The translations under genes were made by a program, and so were the position numbers. From Myxococcota bacterium (lineage in GTDB: Bacteria > Myxococcota_A > UBA796 > UBA2385): DNA of 64,000 bases. Where the stretch lies: contig JBIJDH010000002.1 of the NCBI GenBank assembly GCA_044344255.1, forward strand, positions 96,001 to 160,000, given 5' to 3'. Under the pieces are notes generated by a model. The model was given only the letters and a program-made list of their open reading frames with translations, was not told the DNA's origin and did no database searches. Positions 28,170 to 37,819 of the stretch are shown here, one piece after another (position 1 is the first letter of the stretch; the number at the start of each line of letters is the position of its first letter).

Positions 28170-29174
28170 TTAACTGCGGCGCTGCGGTGGGCCCGCGGGC
28201 AGATCGGCGAGGCGGGCCTCCCCGGGCTGATAGACCGTCGCGTAGAATTGAGGGTGAACCATACGCTTCTCGCGAAGCTCCGGATCGGACAGCTCCACTC
28301 GGGCCTGGAAGCCTGCGGCCATCGCCTCCTCCAGGGGGGTGAAGCTTCCGCCGAGCAGATCGCGGGTGGCGGCGGGGTCTGCCAGCAGCTCGCGGCTGAA
28401 CCAGGCGTGGTCGGCCGCGAGGCGGTGCGCGAAGCGGCGAAGGGGCCGGCCGAAGTGGGTCACGAGCGTGACCAAGGCCTGGGGGAGCACCGTGGCCTTG
28501 GCGGGGACGCCGGCCACCCGGGCGGCGAGCTCGTAGGCGGCCCGCGCGGTGATCGGCGCCTCTCCGGCGAGATCGACGGTCGCACCGATGAGGTCGTCGC
28601 GATCGACGGCGGCGGCCATCGCCCGTCCGACATCGTCAGCGGGCAACAGGCTGAGGAGGTTCTCGCCCCGAGCGGGGAGCTGGGCCCGCCCCGCGCGCTT
28701 CGCGGCCCAGGCCAGATCGATGAAGGTGTGCTCGTGGGCGGGCGCGCGGAGGATCGTCGTCGGGATCCCGGAGTCACGCGCGAGGCCCTCGAGGGCGGCT
28801 CGCTGTGCGGCGCCGTACACGTCCGGCCAAGCGGGGGCGGAGAGGCAGGAGAGGAGGAGCAGGCGCTCCACGCCCCGGGCGCGGGCGGTCTCGAAGAGCG
28901 CGCGGTGCCCCTCGATGGTCACGTTGCCGTGGTGGTTGTTGCGCTCCTCCAGGCGGACACCCGAGCAGACGACGAGGACCCGCGCTCCCTCCATCGCGCG
29001 GCCGAGGCTCTCGGGGTCGCGCAGATCGCCGAAGAAGTAACGACACGACGTGTCATTCAGCCAGTAGTACTCGCTGCCCTTGCGGACCAGGGCGCGCACG
29101 TCCCGGCCCTGGCTGCGGAGGGCGCGGACGACCGCCCCTCCGAGGCGGCCGGTCGCTCCGGTGACGAGGAACAT
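28170..29174 (-). CDS. NAD(P)-binding atypical SDR / NmrA-like oxidoreductase
   Basis: LVTGATGRLG Rossmann motif; VRALVR; GDLRDPESL. Confidence 0.88.
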   Translation of the reverse strand: MFLVTGATGRLGGAVVRALRSQGRDVRALVRKGSEYYWLNDTSCRYFFGDLRDPESLGRAMEGARVLVVCSGVRLEERNNHHGNVTIEGHRALFETARARGVERLLLLSCLSAPAWPDVYGAAQRAALEGLARDSGIPTTILRAPAHEHTFIDLAWAAKRAGRAQLPARGENLLSLLPADDVGRAMAAAVDRDDLIGATVDLAGEAPITARAAYELAARVAGVPAKATVLPQALVTLVTHFGRPLRRFAHRLAADHAWFSRELLADPAATRDLLGGSFTPLEEAMAAGFQARVELSDPELREKRMVHPQFYATVYQPGEARLADLPAGPPQRRS

Positions 29175-29366
29175 GCGTGGGCTCCCAGGCTCAGGGTTGG
29201 ACGGAGAGGGGGGCAGTGTCTGGGAGGGGGCGGCGACGCCGGGGAGGGCGCACAGCAGGGCAGGGCAGGGCAGGGCAGGTTGGCTCCGCGCTTGCGGCGC
29301 CGGAGGGCCAAGGGTAGCTGCGGAGCGCCGGTTTGTCCCGTGATCACGGGCCCGCGCGAGAGGTCC

Positions 29367-29867
29367 ATGCCGATGGCCGCTGAATCCCCCCCCTCCATTC
29401 TCGCGGCAGATGCCTCTGCTGTTCCCGTGGACTCCGCGAGCGCTGACGCGGCCGGCGCCTCCGGCGCTCCGGGGGCCCCCGACCTCCGCGCCCCTTCGGA
29501 TCAGGGCTCAACCGGTGACTCCCTCGGCAGCGCGGGGGGGGCCCTCGGGGAGGCCCTCGGCAGCGTGCTCCGCCTGCTCCTGAAGCGAGGTCGGGTCGAG
29601 GTGGAGCGGGTCGCCCAGGATGGGCGTCAGCGCCTGGAGCTGCGCCAGCTCCACCGGGACCGAGACGCGATGTACATGAAGATCGGCCGCGAAGTACGAA
29701 ACCTCGTTGAGGGCCGCGAGCTCGTCCACCCCGGTCTGGTGAAGGGGGTGGAGCGGATCCGGGAGCTCGATCAACGGATCGCCGAGGCTGAGGATCGTGC
29801 GAAGGCTCAGCGCAACGCGGGGAGTTCAGCGGCCTCGGTGCCGGACTCAGAGGATCAGCGCAGCTGA
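29367..29867 (+). CDS. Hypothetical coiled-coil protein
   Basis: 3' part of ORF 28248..29867 with good codon bias; helical LRQLHRDRDAMYMKIG segment. Confidence 0.6.
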   Translation: MPMAAESPPSILAADASAVPVDSASADAAGASGAPGAPDLRAPSDQGSTGDSLGSAGGALGEALGSVLRLLLKRGRVEVERVAQDGRQRLELRQLHRDRDAMYMKIGREVRNLVEGRELVHPGLVKGVERIRELDQRIAEAEDRAKAQRNAGSSAASVPDSEDQRS

Positions 29868-30133
29868 CCCTTGCCAGCGCGGCAGACCATATATAAAAGG
29901 GGAGCACCTTGAAGGGGGGGCACCAAAGAGTCCACCTCCTACCCGGCCACTCCGAGTTGTGATTCGACTTAGGTCGTTCGCTTTTTGGGTGCTTGTTAAT
30001 TCTCTCGTGTTTCTCTGTCACTGAATCTCGGGTTGCCGATTTTCGGTGAGTAGATTAAACATCCAGAGTCTGAATGAGGGTGACCGAATAAGGACGGAGT
30101 CAAGCGCGGCATGTTCGCGCTGACCGAAAAAAT

Positions 30134-30209
30134 GGGGTTGTAGCTCAGTTGGGAGAGCACCAGAATGGCATTCTGGGGGTCAGGGGTTCAAATCCCCTCA
30201 GCTCCACCA
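30134..30209 (+). tRNA. tRNA-Ala(GGC)
   Basis: Cloverleaf: acceptor GGGGTTG/CAGCTCC with G3:U70, anticodon arm CCAGA-ATGGCAT-TCTGG, T-loop TTCAAAT, encoded CCA. Confidence 0.97.
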
Positions 30210-30216
30210 TTTTGAG

Positions 30217-30249
30217 GGCCACCGAGACAGTAGTCTCGGTGGCCTTTTT
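30217..30249 (+). terminator. Rho-independent terminator after tRNA-Ala(GGC)
   Basis: Hairpin ggccaccgagac-agta-gtctcggtggcc followed by a T-tract. Confidence 0.9.
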
Positions 30250-30481
30250 CGTTTCGGTTGTCTGGTGCCCCCGCCGAGCGCCGCCTCCGCCCACGGTTCG
30301 GCCTGCGCCGTGCGGGAAGGTCACCGGCTGGCTCCGGGTCTTGCGGGAAGCGCTGTCTCGGCGTGCCCGTTTACAGCGTGGACCGATGCTGGCACCCCCT
30401 TCTCCACCGCCTTAAAGCGCACCTCCACCGGTGCCGTTCTGCGGCAACCCTTCGGACCTGCCCTCACTGCCTGGAGCCCTC

Positions 30482-33469
30482 ATGATCACCCCGTGGTCCC
30501 TCCTCACGGCCCTCGCCATCCTGCCGGCGCCGGCGCACGCCAGCGGGATCCCGAAGGCGGATTATAAGTTGAAGCTGGATAAGTACGACGTTCAGATCCG
30601 GGACTATACATTCCCGTCTGGCCTTCGGATCCTCTTCGAGGAAGACCACAGTCAGCCCATCGTCGCCGTCACCTCCGTGACCGACCACGGCAGCGGCGCG
30701 GACTACAAGGGCATGGAGGGCATGGCCCACGTCATCGAGCACCTCGCCTTTCGGGCGAAGCACGGCGACCTCCCGAAGAACATGGACCTCATCAAGCAGC
30801 TCGGCGGCAATTTCAACGCCTTCACCGCCGACGACATCACCGCCTATATGACGGTCGCCCCGAAGGACGCGCTCGTCCCGCTGATGAAGCTCGAGGCCAA
30901 GCGTTACGGCGGCTTCGCGGTCGCAGGCGTGACGCAGAACGAGCTCGACCTCGAGCGCGACATCTGTCGAAATGAGCTGCGCCAGAACTACGAGAACGGG
31001 ATCGGCGACGCCTGGACTTCGCTGCACAAGCTGCTCTTCCCCGAAGGCCACCCCTACCGGAGCCTCGGCATCGGCGGGCATGAGTCCCTCGACGCCATCA
31101 CCCTGGAGGCGGTCAACCGCTTCACGAAGGAGTTCTACACTCCTCAGTACACCACGATGGTGGTCGTGGGCGACTTCAAGCTCGATGAGACCAGCGCCAT
31201 CATTCAGCAGGTCTTCGGTGACATGCCCGAGCTGCTGCGCGACCCCAAGAACCCCACGGCTCCGCTCGCCCTGGTCGAGCCGAAGCCGCGCCTCCCTCCG
31301 AAGCAGATCGAGCCGCCTCCGCCGGTGAGCCGGGAGACGGTTCGGGTGCAGGGCGCCGTCGACCGCACCACGGTCGTTATCGGGTGGTCGATGCCCTCCG
31401 GCTACTTCGACAACCAGATCTCGATGAACGTTGCTGCGAACATGATCTCCAGCTCGATCACCCAGGCGATCGATCCGGAGTACGACCCCTACGGACCGGC
31501 CGATGAGCAGCCCTCTGCGGGCTGTGGTGCCCAGCCCAGCCGTGAAGCGACCATCGCGTACTGCTTCATCGAGCCCCCCGGCGATTGGACGCCGGAGAAG
31601 ACCATCAAGAAGGCCGCGGACGCCCTGGTCGGCACCTGGGACACCGAGATGCTCAAGATCGAGCAGTATCGGCAGATGAACAACTGGGCCTTCAACAACA
31701 GCAAGGCGACCTTTCAGTCCTCGGTTCTCCGCACCGTTGACACCGTCGCCGACATCGGGGCCGGCCGCGCCACCGACCTCGCGCTCTTCGTGCACTTCAC
31801 GGCGAATCCGGCCTACTTCTCGGGCTCCTTCGAGCAGATCTACAAGGCCGACATGGGGGAGGCGCGGGAGATGGCCCGCAAGTACCTCAACCGCGAGCGG
31901 ATGGTCTCGGTGATCGTGGAGCCCTTCTCGGACGAGGAGAAGGCACGTCGAACCGCCGCCGTCACCAACGGTCAGGAGAAGGCGGCCTACCACGGCACCC
32001 AGGCTGCCGATGACTTCGAGTTTGCCTTCGACGTCCAACAGATCACGCCGGAGACCATCAAGCGCGTCTTCGTCCCGCCCGATCTCACGAAGGTGAAGAA
32101 GCTCGACCTCCCGAACGGCGTGCGCGTGGTCCTGCTCCCGTATGGCGAGGCGCCCATCGTCCGCGCCAGCCTCTACTTGAACGGAAACGGTGAGACGAAC
32201 CCGGAGCGGGGCCTGAACGCCTTCGCCGAGGCGCTGACCTGGCGTGGCGCCGGCATGCGAGAGGCCGACGACATCTCCCAGGTGGCCGGCGACGAGTACC
32301 AGAGCGCCCTCGCGCTCGGCACGGCGATCACGGCGGAGGGTTCGTCCGGCAACCTCGACGCCGTATTGCGCACCGTACGCACCCGCGCCTCGACCTTCGA
32401 TTGGCAGATGGCGGACAAGGGGCAGCAGATCAAGTCCTGGCGCAATGGCATGAAGGCGGATGGGAAGGAGCCCGAGGTCTGGGCGGGCCGCCTCATCGAC
32501 GGCGCGGTCTTCGGCGAGCATCCCCTGGGCTGGTGGAACGGAAACGCGGTCTACGACAAGATGGAGACCTGGGGCGCCGCCGAGGTGAAGGGCTGGATGT
32601 ACAAGAAGTACCAGCCGAAGAACGCCACGCTCGTCGTGGTGGGCAAGGTGGACCCTGCGGCGGCCGAGAAGTCGATCCGCGCCTTCTTCGAAGGTTGGAA
32701 GGCCGAAGACGGCGCCGGTGAGCCGCCGGCGGGGACCTTGCCGGTCCCCTCCGTGTCCACCTCCCGAAAGGTGCTGATCTTCGACAAGGATGAGGCCACC
32801 CAGTCCGAGATCAACACCGCCTGCCTGCTCAAGCCGGTCCAAGGCGCAGAGAAGGCCAAGCTCGACATCCTCGGCGACGCCATCTCGGAAGAGTACTGGC
32901 GCATCCTCCGCGAGAAGAGCGCGGTGACCTACGGCGCCTACGCCTACGGTGAGTGGACGCCGGGCGGAACCGCCGCGCTCCGTGGCTACACGCTGGTCCA
33001 GAACAGCGCCGTGGGCCAGGGCGTGAGCTCGATGATCAAGCTCATCGAGAACACGGCCCAGGGCAAGGTCGATGAGAAGCGCATCGCCTCCGCAAAGTGG
33101 ACCCGCGCCCGGAAGTATGTGCAAGGCCAGCAGTCGGGCGGGCAGATGATGAACCGCCTCCAGAGCCAGCTCGCGACGGGCCTGGGCTTCGAGTACTTCC
33201 AGACCTATCCGGAGGCCCTCGGCGCCGTGAAGGCCTCGGACATCGCCGATCTGCTCAGCCCCTGCGTGGGCCATGAGGTGATCACGGTGGTCGGGCCCAA
33301 GGTGTTCGCGGAGGAGCAGCTCAAGGCCGCCAACATCCCCTACGAGGTGGTGGATTGGAAGGGCCTGTACCGCGCCCAGCTCACGCCCAAGGAGCAGGAG
33401 AAGTACGACGAGTCGGAGAAGAAGAAGGCTGAGGAGAAGGCCAAGAAGGCCTCGGAAGGCAAGAAGTAG
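30482..33469 (+). CDS. Secreted M16 family (insulinase/pitrilysin-like) zinc peptidase
   Basis: Signal peptide; inverted zincin motif HVIEH; NAFT; HPY; duplicated second half (LPNGVRV, LREK..TYGAY). Confidence 0.92.
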   Translation: MITPWSLLTALAILPAPAHASGIPKADYKLKLDKYDVQIRDYTFPSGLRILFEEDHSQPIVAVTSVTDHGSGADYKGMEGMAHVIEHLAFRAKHGDLPKNMDLIKQLGGNFNAFTADDITAYMTVAPKDALVPLMKLEAKRYGGFAVAGVTQNELDLERDICRNELRQNYENGIGDAWTSLHKLLFPEGHPYRSLGIGGHESLDAITLEAVNRFTKEFYTPQYTTMVVVGDFKLDETSAIIQQVFGDMPELLRDPKNPTAPLALVEPKPRLPPKQIEPPPPVSRETVRVQGAVDRTTVVIGWSMPSGYFDNQISMNVAANMISSSITQAIDPEYDPYGPADEQPSAGCGAQPSREATIAYCFIEPPGDWTPEKTIKKAADALVGTWDTEMLKIEQYRQMNNWAFNNSKATFQSSVLRTVDTVADIGAGRATDLALFVHFTANPAYFSGSFEQIYKADMGEAREMARKYLNRERMVSVIVEPFSDEEKARRTAAVTNGQEKAAYHGTQAADDFEFAFDVQQITPETIKRVFVPPDLTKVKKLDLPNGVRVVLLPYGEAPIVRASLYLNGNGETNPERGLNAFAEALTWRGAGMREADDISQVAGDEYQSALALGTAITAEGSSGNLDAVLRTVRTRASTFDWQMADKGQQIKSWRNGMKADGKEPEVWAGRLIDGAVFGEHPLGWWNGNAVYDKMETWGAAEVKGWMYKKYQPKNATLVVVGKVDPAAAEKSIRAFFEGWKAEDGAGEPPAGTLPVPSVSTSRKVLIFDKDEATQSEINTACLLKPVQGAEKAKLDILGDAISEEYWRILREKSAVTYGAYAYGEWTPGGTAALRGYTLVQNSAVGQGVSSMIKLIENTAQGKVDEKRIASAKWTRARKYVQGQQSGGQMMNRLQSQLATGLGFEYFQTYPEALGAVKASDIADLLSPCVGHEVITVVGPKVFAEEQLKAANIPYEVVDWKGLYRAQLTPKEQEKYDESEKKKAEEKAKKASEGKK

Positions 33470-33473
33470 CCTC

Positions 33474-33497
33474 GGCCCCCTGGGTCAGCAGGGGGCC
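33474..33497. terminator. GC-rich hairpin between convergent genes
   Basis: ggccccctg...cagggggcc inverted repeat; no clear T-tract. Confidence 0.45.
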
Positions 33498-33575
33498 CAG
33501 GTGTCTCGCGGCGAGTGAGCCCATGGGCTCCCTCGCCGCGCTTCGTTTGGGGGGTGCCGCTGCGCGCGGCCCCGG

Positions 33576-35402
33576 TCAGTGGACCTGGGTGCCCCGGCCG
33601 CCCTGGTTGGCCTTGCCGGCGATGTGCTGCTGGAAGCGCTGGAGGTAGAGCTGGAGGTCGCCGAGGTTTCTCCGGTCGGCCGACTTCAAGAGGGCCATGC
33701 GCCCGCGCTTCAGCGCGGCCTCCAAGCCCGAGATGTCCTGCTTGTGCAGGTGGCCTTGGTTCTCCCGGAGGAAGCGCTCGAGCGCGACGAGCTGCTGCTC
33801 GATCTGCTCCCGCAGGGCCTTGAGCTCACGGTCGCCTTCATCTTCGGGCGCCGCAGCCGCCGTCGCCACGCCGGCCTTCATTCGCTCGAGCTCTTGCTTG
33901 CTGAGGCCGGTCGGGGAGTCGATCGTGATCTTCTCGGAGACGCCGGTGCGGAGGTCGCGCGCTGAGACGGCGACGATGCCGTTGGCGTCAATGGCGAACT
34001 TGACCTCAATGCGAGGCACGTTGCGGGGCGCCGGCTGAATGTTGCGGAGCTCGAAGTCGCCGAGGCTCACGTTGTCTCGGGCGAGCGTGTTCTCCCCCTG
34101 CAGGACGTGGATCTTCACCGTTCGCTGGTTGTCTACCACGGTGCTGACGAGCTGTGTCTTTTGCGCGGGGATGGTGGTGTTCTTGTCGATGAGGGGCGCA
34201 AAGCGCCCGCCCTGTGTCTCGATGCCGAGGGAGAAGTTGGTCACGTCGAGGAGGGTGACGCTCTTCACGTCGCCCTCGAGGATGCCGGCCTGGATGGCGG
34301 CGCCGATGGCCACCACCTCGTCGGGGTTGAAGCCCTTGTTGAGCGGGCGGCCGAAGAGCTTCTTCACCGCCTCTTGTACGAGGGGGATGCGGCTCGACCC
34401 ACCGACCAGGATGACCTCGTCGATGCGCCCGACCTCGATGCGCGACTCCGTGATGGCCCGTTGGCACTCTGAGATCGTGAGCTCGACCAGCGGGCGGATC
34501 AAGCCTTCGAATTGGCTGCGGGAGAGCGTACACTGGAGGTGCTTTGGCCCGCTGGCGTCGGCGACGAGGAAGGGCAGGTGGATGTCGGTGGAGGTCGAGG
34601 TGGAGAGCTCCAGCTTGGAGCGCTCCGCGGCGTCTCGCATCCGCTGCATCGCCACCCGGTCGCCGCTGATGTCCATGGAGTGCTGCGTCTGAAACTGCTG
34701 GAGCAGCCACTCGACGATCTTGCGATCGAGGTCAGCTCCGCCGAGGGCGTTGTTGCCGCGGGTGGCTCGCACTTCCGCAACATCTCGATCCACATCGAGG
34801 ATCGAGATGTCGAAGGTGCCCCCCCCGAAGTCATAGACCGCGATGGTGCTCGCCTTCTTTCGATCGTGAACGTATGCGAGCGCGGCGGCGGTGGGCTCGT
34901 TGATGATGCGCAAGACGTCCAGGCCGGCGATGGTGCCCGCATCGCGGGTCGCCTGACGTTGACGGTCGGTGAAGTAGGCGGGGACCGTGATGACCGCCTC
35001 GGTGACGGTGGCGCCCAAGGAGTCCTCGGCCGCTTTCTTCATCTTTTGGAGCACCATCGCCGACAGCTCTTGGGGTGAGTATTGACGCTCACCGATCTCG
35101 ACCAGACAATCACCGTTTCGGGCCTCGCTGACGCGGAAGTTCACCATCTCGACGTCGTGGCGGGCCTCCTTGAAGCGCCGGCCCATGAAGCGCTTGATGG
35201 TATAGACCGTCGCGTCCGGGTTGATCAGCATCTGGCGTTTGGCGATGTCCCCCACAAATCGTTCCCCGTCTTTCGCGAAGCCAACGACCGAAGGTGTGAC
35301 CCTCCCGCCTTCTTCGTTGATGATCACGCGCGGCTCACCGCGATCCATGTAGGCGCAGACCGAGTTGGTGGTTCCAAGATCGATGCCGATGATCGTGCCC
35401 AT
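33576..35402 (-). CDS. dnaK: Hsp70/DnaK paralogue
   Basis: GIDLGTTNS, TVPAYF, INEPTAAALAY, DFGGGTFDIS, VGGSSRIP, linker VTLLDV, complete SBD-beta, divergent lid. Confidence 0.9.
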   Translation of the reverse strand: MGTIIGIDLGTTNSVCAYMDRGEPRVIINEEGGRVTPSVVGFAKDGERFVGDIAKRQMLINPDATVYTIKRFMGRRFKEARHDVEMVNFRVSEARNGDCLVEIGERQYSPQELSAMVLQKMKKAAEDSLGATVTEAVITVPAYFTDRQRQATRDAGTIAGLDVLRIINEPTAAALAYVHDRKKASTIAVYDFGGGTFDISILDVDRDVAEVRATRGNNALGGADLDRKIVEWLLQQFQTQHSMDISGDRVAMQRMRDAAERSKLELSTSTSTDIHLPFLVADASGPKHLQCTLSRSQFEGLIRPLVELTISECQRAITESRIEVGRIDEVILVGGSSRIPLVQEAVKKLFGRPLNKGFNPDEVVAIGAAIQAGILEGDVKSVTLLDVTNFSLGIETQGGRFAPLIDKNTTIPAQKTQLVSTVVDNQRTVKIHVLQGENTLARDNVSLGDFELRNIQPAPRNVPRIEVKFAIDANGIVAVSARDLRTGVSEKITIDSPTGLSKQELERMKAGVATAAAAPEDEGDRELKALREQIEQQLVALERFLRENQGHLHKQDISGLEAALKRGRMALLKSADRRNLGDLQLYLQRFQQHIAGKANQGGRGTQVH

Positions 35403-35633
35403 GGGGAGCGCCTCGTGGGGCCAGCGGGTCAGACGGAGGGAGCGTAGGGAGGGCGTCGGCGGGGACGTGACCTTGGCGGCCACGACGCCCCGTCAGCGGC
35501 GGCCGAGGCAGACCCACCGAAGCGCAGCTTATCACCCGGGAGGTCGTGGGCCTCGGCGGGAGGGCGAGTCTCGTCGGCGCCACGGAGTTAACCACTCGCG
35601 GGGCCGCTCGTGGCTGCGACGGGGGAGCGACGG

Positions 35634-36488
35634 ATGCAGCCGACACGTTGGTTCATTACCTTGTCCCTGCTGCTCATCGCCTGCGCCCATCGGTCGGGGC
35701 GGGACCCTGTGTCCCGTCAGCTCCGCAAGGCCGACGCGGAGCTCGCCGCCGCGCGGGACCCTGTGGCCCTCGACGCCGTGATCGACAGCTACCTCCTGAT
35801 CCACAGCGCGGCGGCGGGCGACCCGCGGGTGTTGGACCGCCTCAGCCGCGTCATCGCGCTTCGGGGCTACTGGCGTGGCGGGGTCTCCGGCGCCAGCGAC
35901 CTCGCCACAGCGCGCGACTTCGGCCTGCAGTGCCTCAAGCGGCAGCCTGCGTTCGCTGCTCGGACATTGGCGGCGGGAGAGCGCATCACCGCTCCGGCGG
36001 CGCGGGAGCTCGGCCCGGGTGCGCAGCCCTGCTTGGAGGAGACCGCCAGCGCCTGGGTCCGCTGGATGCACCTCCAGGGTGCGGGTGGGGCCTCACTCGA
36101 CCTCGCTCCGCTCGACCTCCTCACCGCCCGCTCCGTCCAGCTCGGCCAGCCGGGGCGCCCTGGCGCTCCGGAGGCCACGCGTGGCTTGCTTCTGAGCCTG
36201 TGGCCAAGCGTCCTGCCGGGGGGAGAGCCCGACCGGCACCTCGCGGGGGAGTCTGCCCTCCGCGACGCGCTCCAGAAGGCGCCTGGCCGGCGGACCATCT
36301 CCGTCGATCTGGTCGAGCTCGTCCTGCTCCCAGATGACCGTCAGGCGGAGGCGGCGACGTTGCTCGAGGCGGTGCTCATGGAGCCCCTCGATCAGGATGA
36401 TCCCGAGTGGATCGAGGACAGCGCGGCGATCGCCAGAGCCCAGCGCTTGCAGGACGCGATTCAGAGTCCGGACGCCGCTGCGCCCTGA
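35634..36488 (+). CDS. Lipoprotein, possibly TRAP-T (TatT)-like helical repeat protein
   Basis: Lipobox LIAC; helical; ARDFGLQCL..PAF and ETASAWVRW..DL resemble TatT-family proteins (from memory). Confidence 0.5.
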   Translation: MQPTRWFITLSLLLIACAHRSGRDPVSRQLRKADAELAAARDPVALDAVIDSYLLIHSAAAGDPRVLDRLSRVIALRGYWRGGVSGASDLATARDFGLQCLKRQPAFAARTLAAGERITAPAARELGPGAQPCLEETASAWVRWMHLQGAGGASLDLAPLDLLTARSVQLGQPGRPGAPEATRGLLLSLWPSVLPGGEPDRHLAGESALRDALQKAPGRRTISVDLVELVLLPDDRQAEAATLLEAVLMEPLDQDDPEWIEDSAAIARAQRLQDAIQSPDAAAP

Positions 36489-36528
36489 GAGGATCGTGTG
36501 GCACCACCGGCGACAGGCCGGGGCGTCC

Positions 36529-36589
36529 GCAAGACACCGAGGCTGCAAGACACCGAGGCTGCAAGACACCGAGGCTGCAAGACAACGAG
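36529..36589. repeat. 16-bp tandem repeat (gcaagacaccgaggct) x3 plus a partial fourth copy
   Basis: Read directly; the fourth copy runs into the adjacent hairpin. Confidence 0.92.
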
Positions 36590-36618
36590 GGCCCGCCCGA
36601 TCGTCGGGGGGCCCTCGT
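36585..36618 (-). terminator. Probable terminator hairpin downstream of rpsU
   Basis: acgagggccc...gggccctcgt inverted repeat; T-rich tail (ttgtctt) on the minus strand. Confidence 0.65.
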
Positions 36619-36664
36619 CGTGTCTCTCGCGGCGAGCGAGCGCTCGCTGCGAAGCGCCCTTCGC

Positions 36665-36877
36665 TCAGTGCGTGGTGGCCTTGCGGATCGCGCGGCGCAT
36701 CGCCTTCCGGCGGCGCTTCTCGGCGAGGCGCTGCTTGAGGCGGCGCTTCTCGCCCGGCTTCAGGTAGAAGCTGTTCTTCTTGATGTCCTTGCGAATGCCT
36801 TCGCGCTCGACCTTGCGACGGAAGCGGCGAAGGGCCTTCTCGAAGGGCTCGTTCTCTCGGACGGTGACCAGGATCAA
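36665..36877 (-). CDS. rpsU: 30S ribosomal protein S21
   Basis: VRENEPFEKALRRFRRKVEREGI...FYLKPGEKRR; TTG start with GGAG RBS. Confidence 0.93.
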   Translation of the reverse strand: MILVTVRENEPFEKALRRFRRKVEREGIRKDIKKNSFYLKPGEKRRLKQRLAEKRRRKAMRRAIRKATTH

Positions 36878-36959
36878 GGCTAACTCCGGTAGGGGAAGAA
36901 TTCGGCTCGGCCGCTTAGCGCGCCATGCGCCAAGCGGCAATGTCTCGACGGGCCTGGTC

Positions 36960-37772
36960 TCAGAAGACCCCGCCCATCGCGCCGCCCACGTAGAACATGT
37001 CATGCACGCCGAAGTCCACCCGGACGTTCGCCTTGTCGGCGAAGTTGACCCGGGCGCTGCCGGTCAGGTCGACGATGGGGAGCACGGTGGGGAAGCGCTT
37101 CTCCCCGTCCGGCGCGCATTGGTCCTTGCGCTCGTAGGACGGCGCGTCGGGGAGGCAGTCCAGCTCTGTGTTGTCGGGGTTGGACCCCGGGTGCCACTGC
37201 TCGAGCTCACCGGTGACGAAGCCGATGCCCAGGCCGCCGCCGAAGAGCAGGCTGAGCCAGACGTCGTTGGTGACCGGCGTGACCGGAATCTCGGTGGCGT
37301 AGTTCACGCCGAGCGAGTGCATCCCGAAATTCTTGGGGTTGATCCAGTCCCCGTCGTCATGCTCCGCCGGCTCTTCGACGTCGTCCCAGTAGCCCTCGCC
37401 CATCAGGCTGCCGGTGTATTCATAGTAGAAGATCCAGTTTGAGGGACGAGGCTTGAGGACATACTCGATCCCCACCGAGTAGAGTCGGATCTTCGGCCGC
37501 TCGTAAGGGTAGTTGACCCCCTCGTCGCCCTTGTCGAAGTACCAAGTGTCCATGATCCCGTTCGGGATGTTCAGGTACCGGGATCGGAGGTTGATCTCCA
37601 TCAGGGGGCGTGTGGTGGTGGTGGTGGTGGCCGTGGTGGCCGCGTCCGGATCGCCCAGGCCTTGGAGCAGCAGGTCGGTCGGCTCCGGCGCAGGCTCAGT
37701 CGCCGCGGTCGCCGTCGCGCTGAACAGGGAGAGCGAGGCGGTGAGGAGCAGCGAGGTCAGGGGAAGCGGCAT
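36960..37772 (-). CDS. Hypothetical outer-membrane beta-barrel protein
   Basis: Signal peptide; Thr-rich linker; aromatic beta-strands; C-terminal Phe (GGVF). Confidence 0.7.
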   Translation of the reverse strand: MPLPLTSLLLTASLSLFSATATAATEPAPEPTDLLLQGLGDPDAATTATTTTTTRPLMEINLRSRYLNIPNGIMDTWYFDKGDEGVNYPYERPKIRLYSVGIEYVLKPRPSNWIFYYEYTGSLMGEGYWDDVEEPAEHDDGDWINPKNFGMHSLGVNYATEIPVTPVTNDVWLSLLFGGGLGIGFVTGELEQWHPGSNPDNTELDCLPDAPSYERKDQCAPDGEKRFPTVLPIVDLTGSARVNFADKANVRVDFGVHDMFYVGGAMGGVF

Positions 37773-37819
37773 GGCGGGTCCTGTCGGCAGGTCGTTATGG
37801 CGAATGGGAGGATATTCCC

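Noticed and set aside
30149..30415. 88-aa ORF (and likewise 53484..53852)
   Set aside because: Both overlap tRNA genes and are spurious.
30464..33274. 936-aa minus-strand ORF
   Set aside because: Antisense shadow of the M16 peptidase.
36529..36589. Possible CRISPR array
   Set aside because: The 16-bp units are contiguous with no spacers, and there are no cas genes.
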